64,000 nt of DNA, from positions 189,851,741 to 189,915,740 of the forward strand of contig CM041465.1 in NCBI GenBank assembly GCA_023213395.1, read 5' to 3'. A program made the translations under genes and the position numbers. How positions within the stretch are numbered: the stretch's first letter is position 1; each line of letters opens with the position of its first letter. Source of the stretch: Cycas panzhihuaensis. Taxonomy: Eukaryota > Plantae > Cycadophyta. The notes beneath the pieces are model-generated. The model saw only the letters and a list, made by a program, of their open reading frames with translations. It was not told the DNA's origin and ran no database searches. Below are positions 1 through 14,508 of this stretch, piece by piece.

Positions 1-3000
1 TAGATACTACCATTAGGAGGTTGACACTTTTAGTAGGTTTGGTAAGGTGGGTTAGTTAGGGAATGCCCTAAACTAGGTATAGGGTTGTTACCTAGGGCAT
101 GGGCCCTATATAACTAAGGACCCCATAAGGATACATCTAGGCAAAAGGTGGATGAATGGATTAGAAAAAAATCTACTACTAGTTGATGGCAAATTGGCCT
201 TAGTAAAGGACTCCTCCTTACATAGGGATTACCTAAGGAATGTCCATATTTAGATGAGTGGGTTGAGATTAGGCTTGTCAATCCTAGTAAAGTGTAATAG
301 GTAAAGTTTGCAAGGTTTACTACATAAACAAGGTAGGGATAGCTATTAAGGATTGAGCTCTAATAGACTAGTAGAGGGAGGGGCTAGGTTAGGTATAAGT
401 TGGCACTCCAAGATAGGAAAGAACAATGTAAGGTGGTATATATGGGAATGGGCTATACCCATATGAGTCTTCTAATGGAGGGACAACCCTATATGGATGG
501 AGGGGTTTGCATTATATGCAGTGTATAGTAAGGGCCTAACCTACCCCCATTACTAGGGTATAAAACTAGGTGGGATATAAGGTGTAGATGTAGGTTATGT
601 TATGACTTATATGGTCTATGGAATGGATTTATGGATTCTTAAAGATACTAAGGGATATGATGTAGGTGGAATAATAGGGTTTACCCAAGCCCTAAAAAGT
701 TAGGGCTTACCCAAGCCCCAAAACGTTAAGTAATAGAAGTGTGAAGCCCCTAGGTTAGTTAGATAGAAGGGATAAAATAAGAAGATAAGATAGGCCCTAA
801 TGTAGAGGAGATAGGGGTGGACATGGCTTCTATAGAGAATGGAGGAGATGGGACTACTTATGAGGCTACCCTGGTTGAGGTTAGGACGTGGATATACTTA
901 GACCAATGCTACTTTAAATAAGTAAATGGCCTAAGTAGGGGTATAAGTGGAAATTATAAAGAGCCCATGAAAATGTACCTTTGATAAGGTAATAGTCTAT
1001 ATAGACTTTGTTAATATGTGAATGGGGTAGGGACCTACTATAGTTGCCTAGGATTGATTAAACAAGTAGGTATAAGCTAATGACTTGGGCTCATGTGGAA
1101 TAATGTATGGATAGGTAGCCCTAATAATATAGGAAGGTGGGCTTATGGGGTTTTAATAGCTAGGATCAAACTCACGAGGGTTATGGGACCCCCTTATCCC
1201 ATCAGGAGAAGGTGCTCAGTGGTTATGTGGGTCATTAAGTGATGGCTACTATTGTACCAAAGTAAGGATGAGCTCGTATTCCCACTATAAATGATATAAC
1301 ACTAACATTAAGGAGAGTTGGACTAGTAAAGAGTTAAGTGGTATGGACTAGGATGGATCAAAGGGAGGAATGCCACATAGCCATCAAGAAAATTAGGGCA
1401 TACAAAAGACCACTCCTAATGGGTGGAAAGGGGTCTAAACAAAGGTGTGCATTCACACACTGACTTAACATAAAGGGATAAGGAATGCTCATAATTCTAG
1501 TAATGTCTTGATAAGTGAGCTACCCTTAGGTAGAGACTCGAAGTGGAGTAGAAGGTAAAGGAGTTAATGATAGATCACCAACTTGTATTGGCAAGTATCT
1601 AATATAGTCTCTAAAGAATACAACATGATAAGTGGGTGAATTTACTCATGTAACTTAACAAAGGACCTAAGGTAGACAAGTCTAAGTTGAGGAAAGAAAT
1701 GGACCTCACAATCTTGCAAATACTCATATGTGTATGTGGATTTAAGTATAGGGACTAATGAAACCTAAACTAGGAAGGAGATGATGTGATGTGTTCACAT
1801 AAAGTGGGAGTGAGGGAGGAAAGAGAGAAAGAGCATCTAAGTTAAACAAAGAATTATTTATCATATAAAGAAAGTAGATAAGTAGATGCAAAAGTAGCAA
1901 ATATGTAAAATATAGAAACAAAAGCTAAATAATATAACAACAAATCTCCTTAGGAGGAGCAAAAAAAATGCCTAAAAAGGTCTCTTGGAATCCAAGAGAG
2001 TTGGCAAGATATGAGTGACCCAACTAAAGACATACCCTACATGCTTAATCTAAGTACTATTACCTCCTAAGGGAGCTAGCCTATACTAACCCATCCTTTA
2101 AATAAACCTATATGATATGACTTAATCTAAAAATGGTGGATGTCTAACTAAAGCATAAGCCTTAAGAAATTAAGACCATGGAATCATTCTACTGATGGAT
2201 AAGTCAATGATGATTCATCCTTTTAGTAATAATCCACCCTCATGGATGTAGAAGGTCTAGAAGGTTCTTGCATCTAATTCCTACAAGTTTAAAGCTCTAA
2301 GAGATGAATAGAGATGAGAGAAATCACTCTCAATAGGATAAATGGTATTCACTTAATTCTCTTGATCATATATAGTAGGGATAATTACCCATCATCAAGA
2401 TGTTTGAAACATGTTGAGGTCTGAGTGCACCTCAAGTACAAGGTTGTTCCTCTCCCTTGGTGATTAAATCCAACTAGAGATGAAAGTATAAAGGCTCAAA
2501 TCTATTTTAATGATAGGGTTCTGATCTCTTTAGAAACATAAGCATATAAATAGAATAATATATCTAAGAGAAAATAGAACTAAACTCTATACTTGAATAT
2601 GTATTTTTATAAATTTCCATATTCTCATTATTAAAAGCTCCAAAAGACTTAAAATTAAGTGTTTTCATAGTACATAAGTACACAAATTTATAGCCATTGT
2701 CCATACAAAAACTCTAACTACTATCCCTTAAAATTGAAAAACTAACTTAGAGCAAAGAAACTCTTAAATTTAAATCTTTCTATTTTTAGTAAGTTTTTGA
2801 AAGTATTCTAAATTGCATAAAAATTGAACTATGGATAGTTAATCATGCTATGGGTCCCATAAAAACACTAATAAAGTAAAATTAATCTCTTAACTAAGAA
2901 ATTTAATACTCTCAAAATTTTTAAAAAGTGATAGATAATCATAAATTTTAGTTTTGAGCAAGGAGATGATCTTTGATAGTTTTGAGAGTAAAAGAAAAAA

Positions 3001-5620
3001 AAAAAAAAAAGTCATAATCCTTTGAGTTGATTATGATAATAATTCAAAGATCTATCTCCTTGAAAAGATTGGGCCAAAATTGACACTTGGGTCCAATGTT
3101 ATAGTCCCTACAAGGTGATCCTCTAAACTAGGGATTTGTAGATGCTCTTATATTATCCTCCCCTACTTGAAAAGAACTTAACTCTTATGAGTTATTATTC
3201 TAAAACTCTTATTACTTATTTATATTGACTTTTTCTAATTCACTTTTAGAAATCTAAGTATCATCTTCCTATTGTAGGCCTTACAATCAAACCAAATACA
3301 TATCATATTTGCCTTCCCTTATATAAATTATTTTCCTATCTAATACCTATTTTATTTCTTCTCTCTTCTTCTTAGGTATTTATTGTTCCCAATTTACCAC
3401 TTTTGCTTCATCTTTTACCTTATATTCTCCTTCATGAAAATAATATATGTTATAAACATTAAAAATAGGTGAAATATCAAGGTTATAGGGTAGATTCACC
3501 TGATAGGTATTTCCATTAGTTTTTCTCATAATTTTGTAAGGACTTATCTTCTATATTTTATCTTATTGTATCTACCTTAAAAAAATCTATCCTTCCTCAA
3601 ATATACTATTACCAAATCCCCCTCTTCAAATACCTTATTTATCCTTCTTACATTAGTTGTTGCCTCATATTTATTGTTACTACCCTACAACTTCCTCTTC
3701 ACTCCATTATGCACTTGAAATACTCTTGACAATTGTAATCACAAGATGTTCATACTTAGAAGAAATCGTAAAGCCTAGGGTGCATAGCCTCTAAAGGTAT
3801 GAACAAGTGCTATGATACCAATATAGGGTGCCTGGTGCTATTTAAGTGCATTTGAAAGGAAAATCACTCTTTCTCTACCTAAAAGACCAAACTAAGAGCA
3901 TTCGAGCATGTGTGTGTGTGTGCATCAAAGGAAAGATGTGGCCTTGGGTGTTAAATGAGCCTATGGAAAAAAGGAGAAGGTATAACTTATTCCTAAAATG
4001 TAACTATATGCTCTTTCACTTCAAATAAATGCACCTAGCCTATTTCTTATTGGGTTCATGATCTACCCTTATAGATTTATGACTTATGATAGCATGGTTG
4101 CTCCTCATGTCTTGGGCTTGAAATCTAGTAGTCAATCTATTAGTCCAACTCCCTACCTTATAAATACAATGCAATGTGTATGCAAATAAATAAAATGCAA
4201 TGCAACTATTTTTTTTCTTTATTTTTTTTCTTTTGTTTCTTTTTCTTTTACTTTTATGTTTCTTTCTTTTTTTTAAATAAAGGAAAAGTACAAAAAAAAA
4301 GGGGGGGATAAGCAAACTAAAGTGAATCCTTTTCTTTCCTTCTTCTTTTTTCTTTTTTCCCTTTTTGGCATTTTAGAAAAACAAAGAGTAACGAAGGCAG
4401 TGAGAAAATAAAAATATCTTTAAGATTTTTTTTTTTTTCTTTTCCTTGTAATGCAATAAACAAAAAATAACAAATTAAAAGGAATGATGCATACCTAGAA
4501 AGGAGTAGATTGGAGTGCCAATAGCTCGCTTCTAGCAAACCATAGTATCCTTAGTATGATGGGAAGGAAATGGAGCTAATACTTACCCACTCTTAAAAAG
4601 ATTTTAATAGGAGTTCTACTTATTGAAAACCTTTATTATAAAATTAAGTATGTAAAGCATAAAAACCTTGAAGGAACAACAAAGGAAAGGGAGTATAGAG
4701 CTTACCTTTCTAATAGCAATTGGTGTGGCATTTGTTGAAATGTTCGATCAATAGAAATTAATTGAGTGTCTTGTGAACTTCTGTCTCTTCCCTATAAACA
4801 TATTAGATTCCTATAAAGATAAAAGACCTCCAATATATCTAATAGAAATGAACATATATAGTGCATGAAATTGTATAATCTCTAATCATAAAGAAAATAA
4901 TTCTAAATCTATAACCATTAGATAGAGATAAATAGGGTTGGGGTGCCTCAAGATAGCAATCGTCCCCCAATATGTATGGTTTTCCAAGTTGTACTTAAGA
5001 AATCTCCCTTAATCTTGTAACTTGTTCAAAAGGATCAATCAAGACATAAGAGAAAGAGGCTAAAAAGAGACTCTACTCACTAAGTAAATGAGATGATGAT
5101 AAATAAAAAGAACCAACTAGTAAATCAGTATTAAGAAATCACATAACATGGCATGACCAAGATGAAATAAAGATAATGGAGATTACCTCAAGCAAGGATG
5201 AGTGGATTACATATACCTTTGTGAGGAAATGATGGCCAATGGCTACTAAATCTTTCCTCTAAGGACTTTCTAATAGCTCTTGGATATTTGCTCCTAATCT
5301 CCCAAACAAAAGCTAGTGTTTATACCAAATTGGTAGAATTTAGTAAAAATTCATCAGTATAATAGTAAGGTATTCCTTGCACAAAAGTATCCTCCCCCAT
5401 TTTGGAAAAATGAGAGGGATTTATAAATTAAGTGAAGGAGAGGGTTGGTGTTTTTCTACCCACAATGTGGGGAAAACTATCAACCAAAAACCATAAGTGA
5501 TGCTCATATTTTAAGAGATTTTCTTTGAAAAAAATAAAGAAAATAAAAAGATTGAGATATGTTTAGCCTCTCAAGACTAATGTAAGTTGACTTGGGGCTA
5601 ACACAACCTACTAGGGCTGA
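1..5620 (-). mobile_element. Heavily decayed LTR-retrotransposon remnant (possibly Tat-like internal region plus LTR-like DNA)
   Basis: 1-2400 is G-rich on + (C/Pro-codon-rich on -), CpG-poor and compositionally like the gag-proximal part of element E. 4713-4750 resembles the reverse complement of ~41640-41680. No domain or terminus could be read reliably. Confidence 0.3.
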
Positions 5621-6189
5621 CAATCTATCATTTATGAGTTAATTATCACTATTAAATGTAAATTTGGGTTGGAAACAGTCATACCATAAATTTATTTATA
5701 ATACCATAGAATACTTCATAGTATTGCTAATATAGTCAAAAAATAAAGCAGTAAGGAAATATAGTTTATTTTTCACCAACTTTTCATCATATAATCAAGA
5801 AAACTCACAAGTGATAGGTCTTAAAATGAGTATTCAGTCAACATCAAGTGGTAATAAGATGAAAATAAAGTTAAAAACATAAAAATAAAGCAATAATTAG
5901 TAAAGAAACAAGTTGCAAGTGGGTGAGGAGGCATCTTTTCCAACCTAAGAAGTCCATCAAGTGGACATTAGAGCTATAGACCAGGTCTTGATCTTCATAG
6001 ACATGTAAGAGGGGCATGGATCAACCATCAAGTAAGTAATCAACCATATATCAACCATATAACCTCAAATATATATGAATGAGTAAAATGGGTTGAAAAT
6101 TATACCCACACTTACCTATTCATCCTTGTATCCAAACCCATTCCCAAAATCTAGGAAATAAATGTTAAGGATGTAATGAAAACCTAAAA

Positions 6190-6365
6190 GCCCCTCTTCG
6201 AACTATCACCATTCCATTAATTCTTAAAGATAAGATCATCCACATGGAGATTATTATCCTTGACATTAAAATAGATTATAATTTATTTTTTGGGAGGCCA
6301 TGGTTGAATTTAATAGGAATCATTTATTCCTTCCTTTAAGATAAACTCAAATTTATTTAGAATGT
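6190..6365 (+). pseudogene. Tat-like aspartic protease C-terminal remnant (host of copia A)
   Basis: Reads, across one frameshift, TITIPLILKDKIIHMEIIILDIKIDYNLF.GRPWLNLIGIIYS..DKLKF, parallel to 56430-56590 (VTLLLILEGKIV...YNLLLGHP*LNQIEVICSS..LKF). Sequence right of copia A (~15340-15380) resembles the post-protease region at ~56890-56940. Confidence 0.6.
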
Positions 6366-6495
6366 ATAAGTTCATATTACAAAATGATAAGATTAGGGTA
6401 AGTCAAATCCCTAATCAATTATATAAGTCATTTTCAATACTAAGGGAAAGGAAGAAGAGGAAGAAGACCTATGCCTATAATTCCAGGATGAAGGG

Positions 6496-6829
6496 TGATG
6501 GAGCCGGAGGAGCAGAGCAGGACATCATAATGATCGCATCTTGAGTACAACGGTAATTTCCAATAGAATGGTGGTGTTAATAACACCAGGGAGGTATTCC
6601 CAACCCTTAAATAGAGAATTCGGGGAGGTGTCAGGTGCCATTACCCTAGCTGCACAACAATTAAGGTTAGTTTAAAAAAATATTAAAATAAATAACGGTG
6701 ATACGTACCTCAAATGAGTGGTCGGTCCGGGCGGCTGTTGAACGGCTCAAGGTGCCCTAAGGGCCCTCAAAGGTGGCTTTGAGGGGCCCTAAGCGCTCTG
6801 GTGCACGTACATTGGGATTATTCCCAACA
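6496..6829 (-). repeat. 3' LTR of copia A
   Basis: ~94% identical by eye to 14808-15141; adjacent PPT ATGGGGGAGAA (- strand) at 6830-6840. Confidence 0.95.
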
Positions 6830-9800
6830 TTCTCCCCCATAAGCCCAATGTGTATGACTCCTAAATCATCTCTGAACTTTTTAAATTTGATTTTTCCCAA
6901 GGCCTTTGTAAAAATATCCACTGTTTGATCTTTGGTGCTACAATAAGTCAACTCTATCTCTTCTGCTTGTACAAGTTCTTAAATGAAGTGGTATTGAGTT
7001 TCAATATGCTTTGTTCTACCATGGAATACTAGATTTTTGGTCATTTAAATAGCGCTCTGATTGTCACACCAAATTCTAGTGGGACCTTGCTGTTTAATTT
7101 GGCAATCCTGTAAGAGTCTTCTTAACCAGATTGATTCACAGGCTCCTAACACTGCGGCTTTATATTCTACTTCAGCTGTGGATAAGGAAACGGTATTTTG
7201 TTTCTTTGTACTCTAAGCTACCGCCGTTGATCCCATACTAAATGCATAACCTGAGGTAGATTTTCTATCATCGACATCACCAGCCTAATCTGAATCTGTA
7301 TAACCAATTAACTGAAACTCGGATGTAGGTTTGTAGTATAACCCAAAGTCTGGAGTCCCTTTAAGGTATCTGAGGATTCTTTTAGCAGCTTTCCAATGAG
7401 ATATCTTTGGATCCTGCATAAATCTAGACACAAAACTTACGAAATATGTTATATCAGGTCGAGTAGAGGTTAAATAAAGTAAACTGCCAATCAGTTGTCT
7501 ATAGTGAGTGGAATCAACTAAAGTTGATTCATTGGTCTTAGAGAGTTTAATTCCAATTTCTGCTGGTATTGACAATGGTTTACAGTTTGTCATATTAAAT
7601 CTTTGTAGAAGGTCTAATATATATTTATGTTGAGAGATAAATATTCCTTGTTTATCTTGCCACACTTCCAATCCTAGGAAGTAGTGCATAAGACCTAAGT
7701 CTGTTACTTCAAATTCCTTACACATAGCTTCTTTAAATTGACTTAAAAGTTGGGAGTCATTTTCGGTATAAATTAAGTCGTCCACATAGAGTCCTACGAT
7801 CAATATTGAATTTCCTTTAATTTTGGTGTATAGGTTTGGATCTACTTGAGATCTTTCAAACCCTTGATCTTTAAGATATGTGTCTATATGGGAATACCAA
7901 GCCTTAGGTGCTTGTTTTAGACCATATAATGCCTTCTTTAACTTGTACACTTTGTTTTCTTCCCCCCTGACTTTAAAACTGAGGGGTTGAGAGACATAGA
8001 TATCTTCTTGGATATAACCATTTAAGAAAGCACTTTTTACATCTATTTGATAAACAGGCCAACCCATTTGGGTGGCTAAACTTATTATCATACGAACTGA
8101 TTCCATTCTAGTAACTGGGGCAAATGTTTCGGTATAGTCTATGCCTTCTCTTTGGGCATATCCTTTTGCAACTAAACGAGCTTTATATTTATCAATTGAT
8201 CCATCGGAGTGGAACTTAGTCTTATAGACCCATTTGGTTCCAATGGCTTTCTTCCTTGGTGGTAAGTCTATAAGTTCCCAAGTATCATTTTTAACGATGG
8301 ATTTGTATTCCTCTTGCATGGTTTTTTACTAGCACTCATGTTGATTAGCCTCACCAAAGGTTTGAGGCTCATGACTTTCAAGTAGCTTACTCATTAGAGC
8401 AAAGTTAACTTTGTGTGAACGTGTAGATCTTCGATTGTTATCCAATATATTTCCTAAGTCATGGTTGCGTTGAATCCATTTGGGTAGTGGTTTTGATGAT
8501 GGTTTAGATGATGTTGCTTCCCTAGTGGTTTCCGGAGAATTTCTCCACATAGGAGGCACATATTTGGATGTATTTGATATATTAAACTTAATGGTAATGT
8601 CCTTTTGTTGTTCGTGATTATTTTGATAGTAGGTGTCTTCTTAAAATTTGACATCCCTACTTAGTATAACTTTTCAGGATTTTAGATCATAAACTTTGTA
8701 AGATTTTGACGATTCACTATATCCAATAAAGATACATTTTACACTATGATCATCTAATTTGATTCTTCTTTGGTCAGGGATGTGGGCATAGGCTAAACAA
8801 CCAAATACCTTAAGGTGACAGATACTAGGTTTATAACCTGTCCATGCTTCTTCTGGTGTCTTCCACCTAACTGATTTTGTGGAACATCGATTAAGTAGGT
8901 AAACTACGGTATGGACTACTTCAGCCCAAAATTCATGGCCTAAGTTTTTATCTTTAAGCATACAACATGCCATTTCTACGATAGTTCTATTTTTCTTTTC
9001 TGCTACACCATTTTGTTGTGGGGTGTAGGGGTTGGTATGTTATCGCCTAATCCCATGTTGGATACAGTAATCCTTAAAGATATTAGAGGTAAATTCTCCC
9101 CCATTATCTGATCTTAAAGAAAGAATATGATATCCACTTTGTCACTCAATGAAAGTTTTGAAGTCAACAAAGTGATCGAAAGCATCAGATTTGTATTTGA
9201 TAAAGAACACCTAAGTCTTTCTTGTAAAGTCATCAATAAATGTAAGGAAATACTTGGCACCTGCTAAGGAGGGAGTGGCTATTGGGCCACAAATATCTGT
9301 GTATACGAGTTGAAGAGGGGCAGATACCTGATGACTAAAGTCTGGAAAACTTTCTCTATGTTGTTTTCCAAGAAGGCATCCCTCACACAACTCTTTATTA
9401 ACATCAATAGGGGGCAAGCCATTAACCATATCTAATCTTTTCATAAGGGCTAAACTGGTATAATTAAGATGACTGAAACGTCGATGCCATAGGTCACTAT
9501 CCATAGTAGTTATGGTTCTAAGGGTATATGTATCTGAGGGGGTGATAGTAAGCTTAAATAAACGATCTTTAGTCATGATACCCCTAGCAACAATAGCTTC
9601 ATTTTGTCGTTCGTCTTTGATAACACATTCGTCGTTGTCAAAAATTATTTTATAATCTTGTCCCATCATCTGTCCTACCAATAGTAAGTTTTTCCTTAAA
9701 GCAGGGACGTATAGAACATCATTTAAATATTTATATTCACCACTATTAGTTAATAAGGCAATGTTACCTTTTCCAATCGATTGGTTAGAACTGTTGTCTC

Positions 9801-11078
9801 CAAACATAATAGACCCTTTTTTATTTGTATCTAAAGTTTGAAATAACTGTTCTTTATGGGTCATGTAGGTGGAACAACCGGAATCAATGTACCAACTATC
9901 ATCCTCTTCTTTCTGGGCTGAAAAACTAGATAGAAATAACCTATTATTGATTTTAGATCCTAATGTATTTGACACATGTCCTCTAGGGGGTGGTCCATGT
10001 TTTGGAAAACACTTATCTTCAGTGTGACCATTTCTATGACAATAAGTACAATATAATTGATCTCTTTTGCCATAACTGAGACTTTGATTCCTTGGTGGAG
10101 AGCGATCAAGGTTGAAAGGTCTCCCCCTTTCCTCATAGAATTGAGAATGATTATTTCTTGGTTGGTCACGATAGTTCTGAGGTGTTCTAGAAGGTTGTGG
10201 GTTCCCATGACAATGTCGACAACAAGGATGATTATCAACTTGTCTTCGTTGGTTTAGATTTCTTTGAGTGTTCGAATGTCTTGGAGAGTTTTCATGTTGT
10301 GGGGGTCCTCCTTGTCTATTTTTATGAGGAACTTGGTATCATGGAGGATTTTGTCTAGTTTCATTTCTAGGGTTTCCATCTTTTCTCCTTAGAGAAGATT
10401 CATTTTGTTTTGAGGTGCCATCTTGAGGGTTAGGTTGAATGTTGGCCTTTGTAGAAAAGGCATGTTCTAAAGTTTCATTGGCCGCTTGTTGCTCTTCTAT
10501 AGACATGAGCATAGCAGTAAGTTATTCTACTTTAAGGGTACTTAGGTCTTTTGATACACTAATACTAGTAGCTACCATTTCAAAATGTCTAACGGCTCCT
10601 ACACATCAAAGGATTCGTTCAACTACTCTTTGTTCGATTAAGATATCCCCAAGTGACCTTATTTGGTTAATTATATCTTGAATCTTGGTCATGAATCAGT
10701 TATGGATTCATGAGGCATCATACGTAAGTTTTCAAACTTACTTCTCAAGTTTTGTAATTTAGAGGACGCAACCCCTTCATATATAAGTTGTAAAGTATCC
10801 CAAGCCTCTTTGGACTTAATGGATTCACTGACTCATGGGAAAACATGATCTTCCAATGCACAAAAGATAAGGACTAATGTTTCATTATCTTTTTTGACAT
10901 TTTCTTTGTATGTAACTTTTTTAGTATCAGTTGGATTTGATCCTAAGTCATCGTAACCGGTTCTTACTATATCCCACATCTCGTTTGCTATGAGGATGGG
11001 CCTCATCCTCCTACTCCAGTTAAGAAAATTATTTCCATCAAATTTAGGAATAATTATATTCCCAAAACTAGACGTCAT
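6757..11078 (-). pseudogene. copia A gag-pol polyprotein, broken by stops and frameshifts
   Basis: gag PKFDGNNFLNW; protease WYIDSGCS; GAG-pre-integrase LWHRRFSH..CEGC; integrase TDICGP and FWAEVV; RT KARLVAKGY and YVDD; RNase H DIFTKAL. Confidence 0.95.
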
Positions 11079-13585
11079 TTTAAATTAAAGTTGTATAAAA
11101 TGTGATAAATGTAATAGCAAAAATATTTGAATGTAAAAAATTTGAAAGGACTTAAATGAAAGAAGTTATTTCCAAATATATATCCCAAGGTTTTCCAAAG
11201 TTTTAAACAAATGAACTAGCACCTAGAAAGGCTACTAGTTTCTAAGTTTATGTTTCTCCTGGGGCAACCTTTGGTTGCTATTCTGTCTAGTGGCGCCTGC
11301 CCACAGATGGCAAAATAGGGACCCTTTATACCGGTACAGAGCACTAGGCTCTATATACCTCAATACGTGGGCTGCTAAGAAGGCTTTAACACCCCCCTGA
11401 ATTGTTGGTCCACCTGCGTCGGACTTATGCCTAACGACAGATCTAGCGATGAAGGTTCTCAAACCAAGGCACTCACCCTCTCCAGGTCTAGCCTTGGTCT
11501 CCAAACACCATGAAATGAAAAGGTTCTGCACCTCACCGCCATCAGATATACCTGATAGCTAATGGCTGTCCTCATCCAATATGAGTAGGCCGATTAGCAT
11601 ATACGGGGTGGTAACTTCAGGGGTCCTAACCATTCCCCTTGCAAGGCTGGAAAAAAAATGTGGTTCAATTCAGAATTATCTCATTTAATGTGAAAAATAA
11701 ACTATTTAGCAATGTGGTCTTGCTTAGAAAAAGAAAAATTCCTTTGATAATAAAATAGAAAAAAATGCTCTAAGCAAGATGAAATAAAACTTTTACAAAA
11801 ACTCTTTTTGTTTTTTTTTTCAAAAAAAATATAATACCCTTTAAACAGATGTAATATGCCTTTGAAAAAGAAATGTAATTTTCCTTTTATAAGTGCAAGA
11901 AAGATGATATTTTTCAACAACTTTGATACACTTTTAAAGTATAACGATCAATAATAAAGTAATGATATATTTGAAAGCAAACTTAAAAAACTTTTTCACT
12001 TACGCAAAACTTGAAATAAACTTTTGAGAATAAAAAGTTTTCAAAAAATGCCAATTTCTCAAATAAGTAATGTAAATCTTCAATATAAAAAATTTTCTTT
12101 TTGTATAAAGCAACTTTTCTTTGAAAAAAATATATATTACCTTATAAACAAATGCTGGTTCAAAACAACTTAAAATGCTTGTAGAAAGATCAAGCAGAAA
12201 CCTTGAGTAAACAATGAGATATGAACTAGAATTTTCTTTAAAAAATTTTGAAAGAAGACAAGCTTATTAGGATATACGTATATGATCAACTTTAACAACT
12301 TGAAAACTATACTGAATAATGTCATAATAACTTAAAATTTTACCAATATGTAGATTAATAAGATCTGAATCCAATGAAATAAACGGTTTTGAAAATTGGT
12401 ACCAATAAATCACAATTTGAATGATGCAAAGGTATGGACCTCCTTATGGTGCTTAACAGGAGCAAGGTAGTCAAGAAATTGCATAAAATTACCAATTAAC
12501 CTTTAGAAAAAGTTGAACAAAGGATCAAATATTATTTATGAAATGTTCAATGTTCTTTTAATTGAAAATTTTAAAAAAATATATTAAAGGAGGTGTAAAA
12601 AATAGTAGATTTGAGGCAATAAGGTACCTCAACTTTGACATATTTGAAATATAAGAAAAATATGTCAAAATATATAGAAAATTATGTTAAAATGAAGAGA
12701 AATGAGTTAGCTTCCCAACAAAGTTGACAGAATTGAAATCTGATAAAAAATGAGAAAGTTATAGTGAAAAATGTAACAGGTATTTTTATGTAGAATGTTA
12801 GGAAATAGGCAAAAACAACTAAACTCCTTTTTTCAGTGATTAAAATATTAATGAAGATGAACTCAAAAAATTGAAGTAAAAAGTTAGTATCAAAGTCTAT
12901 ATAACGTAGATCGCTATAGAGGAAATTTAGGTAAAAACTAGTTTACCAGTAATAAATGACAGCCAGTTCTAAAAATGATTTTGTAAAAAATGCAAAAAAA
13001 GTTGAAATTTTGAAAGTCTAATATTAAAATGGTCGAAACAGGGTCAAATTGGCACCAAATTGGTCATATGACCAGTTAAAATTAGTGTACAGAGAATTTC
13101 TGATCTATTGGGATAGGTTTCATCTGAAACCGATGGCTCCAACGAGAAGTTATGGCAACAAAAGCACCAATAACTCTATGAAAAATAAAATTTTAAAAAA
13201 ATAAAGCTTAAAATTAAAAAACTTCTTAAAAGATGGGCCTGAAGATGGACTGAGCTAGAATTGAACCCAAGATCATTCAGAGAACAAAGACCTCTGATGC
13301 TAGGAGGGTGAACTCGCTCGTCGAGTTAAAAGGACAAAAAATTAAAAAGTATTCAAACTGTAACAATGAAGTGTTGAAAAGTGAGAACGCAAATAATAAA
13401 TGCCAAATAATGATACAAGCCAACGATAGTGAATCAATAATGAAAGGACTCAATAATGAAGTCGCGGATTATTAATAATCAACAACGAACAGCAATGAAT
13501 GAAGGCAGCCAATATATGAATATTGAACGAAGCCAGAACGAAGCCACGTAGACTATATAAAGGCGAAAAAACCAACAATGAATAA

Positions 13586-13950
13586 TGAATCAATAGGCAA
13601 ACAAAGTCACGGCTTATGAATCAATAATGAGATTATGAGTGTCGTTTATTGAATCAAAGGCGAACGAAGTCGCGGCTTATGAATCAATAATGAGATTATG
13701 AGTGCCGAACGCGAGATATAAAAACGGTAGTGCCATTTAATGAATCAAAGGTGAATGAAGTCGCAGCTTATGAATCAATAATGAGATTATGAGTGCCGAA
13801 CGTGAGATATAAAAATGGTAGCAGCACCGATTATGAGTGGATTATAGCTAAAACGCGAACGTACAGTAGAGATAAGATATAAAACAACGCCGATTATGAG
13901 TGGATTACAGCTAAAACGCAAACGTACAACAAAGATAAGATATAAAATAA
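13586..13950. repeat. Compound tandem repeat array in the copia A leader
   Basis: Three copies of tgaatcaaaggcgaacgaagtcgcggcttatgaatcaataatgagattatgagtgccg (13586, 13650, 13741), then two 63-bp units ccgattatgagtggattayagctaaaacgc... (13827, 13890). Confidence 0.9.
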
Positions 13951-14432
13951 CAACGGAAAAGCGAGATATAAAACGTGGACGGCAAAACTGCCAATGCGAG
14001 AGCTAGCAGCGCGCAGAGTCACGGAGAGGCGCAGGCCGACGGGACGACAACAAGGCACGGAGAGACGGGCGGTAGCAGAGCGCCGACAGCAAGCGACCCA
14101 GGCCCAATCACGGAGAGACGAGCGACGCAGGCTGAGACAGACGGCTAACATGGAGAAACGGGAGGCCGAATAGCAGGGGGAGTAGACTATATATACACTG
14201 AGATTAATATACTTCGATTGCGAGATGGCTGACAGAGCGAACAGAGAGATGCTAGGCTAACACAGAGATGGAGTGTTAATAACACAGGACACAAGAGAGA
14301 TGTTCAGTACAAACGCAGATAGTGCACAGGACAGTAGAAGGTTGGCTCGGGCTATATATATATATATATGTTTGTAAAAGGATGCACAAATTGTAAGAAA
14401 AAGGCTATATGTATGATGAGATTAATCCCGTA

Positions 14433-14508
14433 CAGAGGATCACACAAACTACAGATCTATCGAGCACATATAGAGGATCACATAAACCACAGATCTATCG
14501 AGCGCATA
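14433..14508. repeat. 38-bp tandem duplication
   Basis: yagaggatcacayaaacyacagatctatcgagcrcata x2. Confidence 0.9.

Noticed and set aside
13586-13950. CRISPR-like repeat/spacer appearance
   Set aside because: The intervening sequences are themselves repeated, the context is a eukaryotic retrotransposon, and there are no cas genes.
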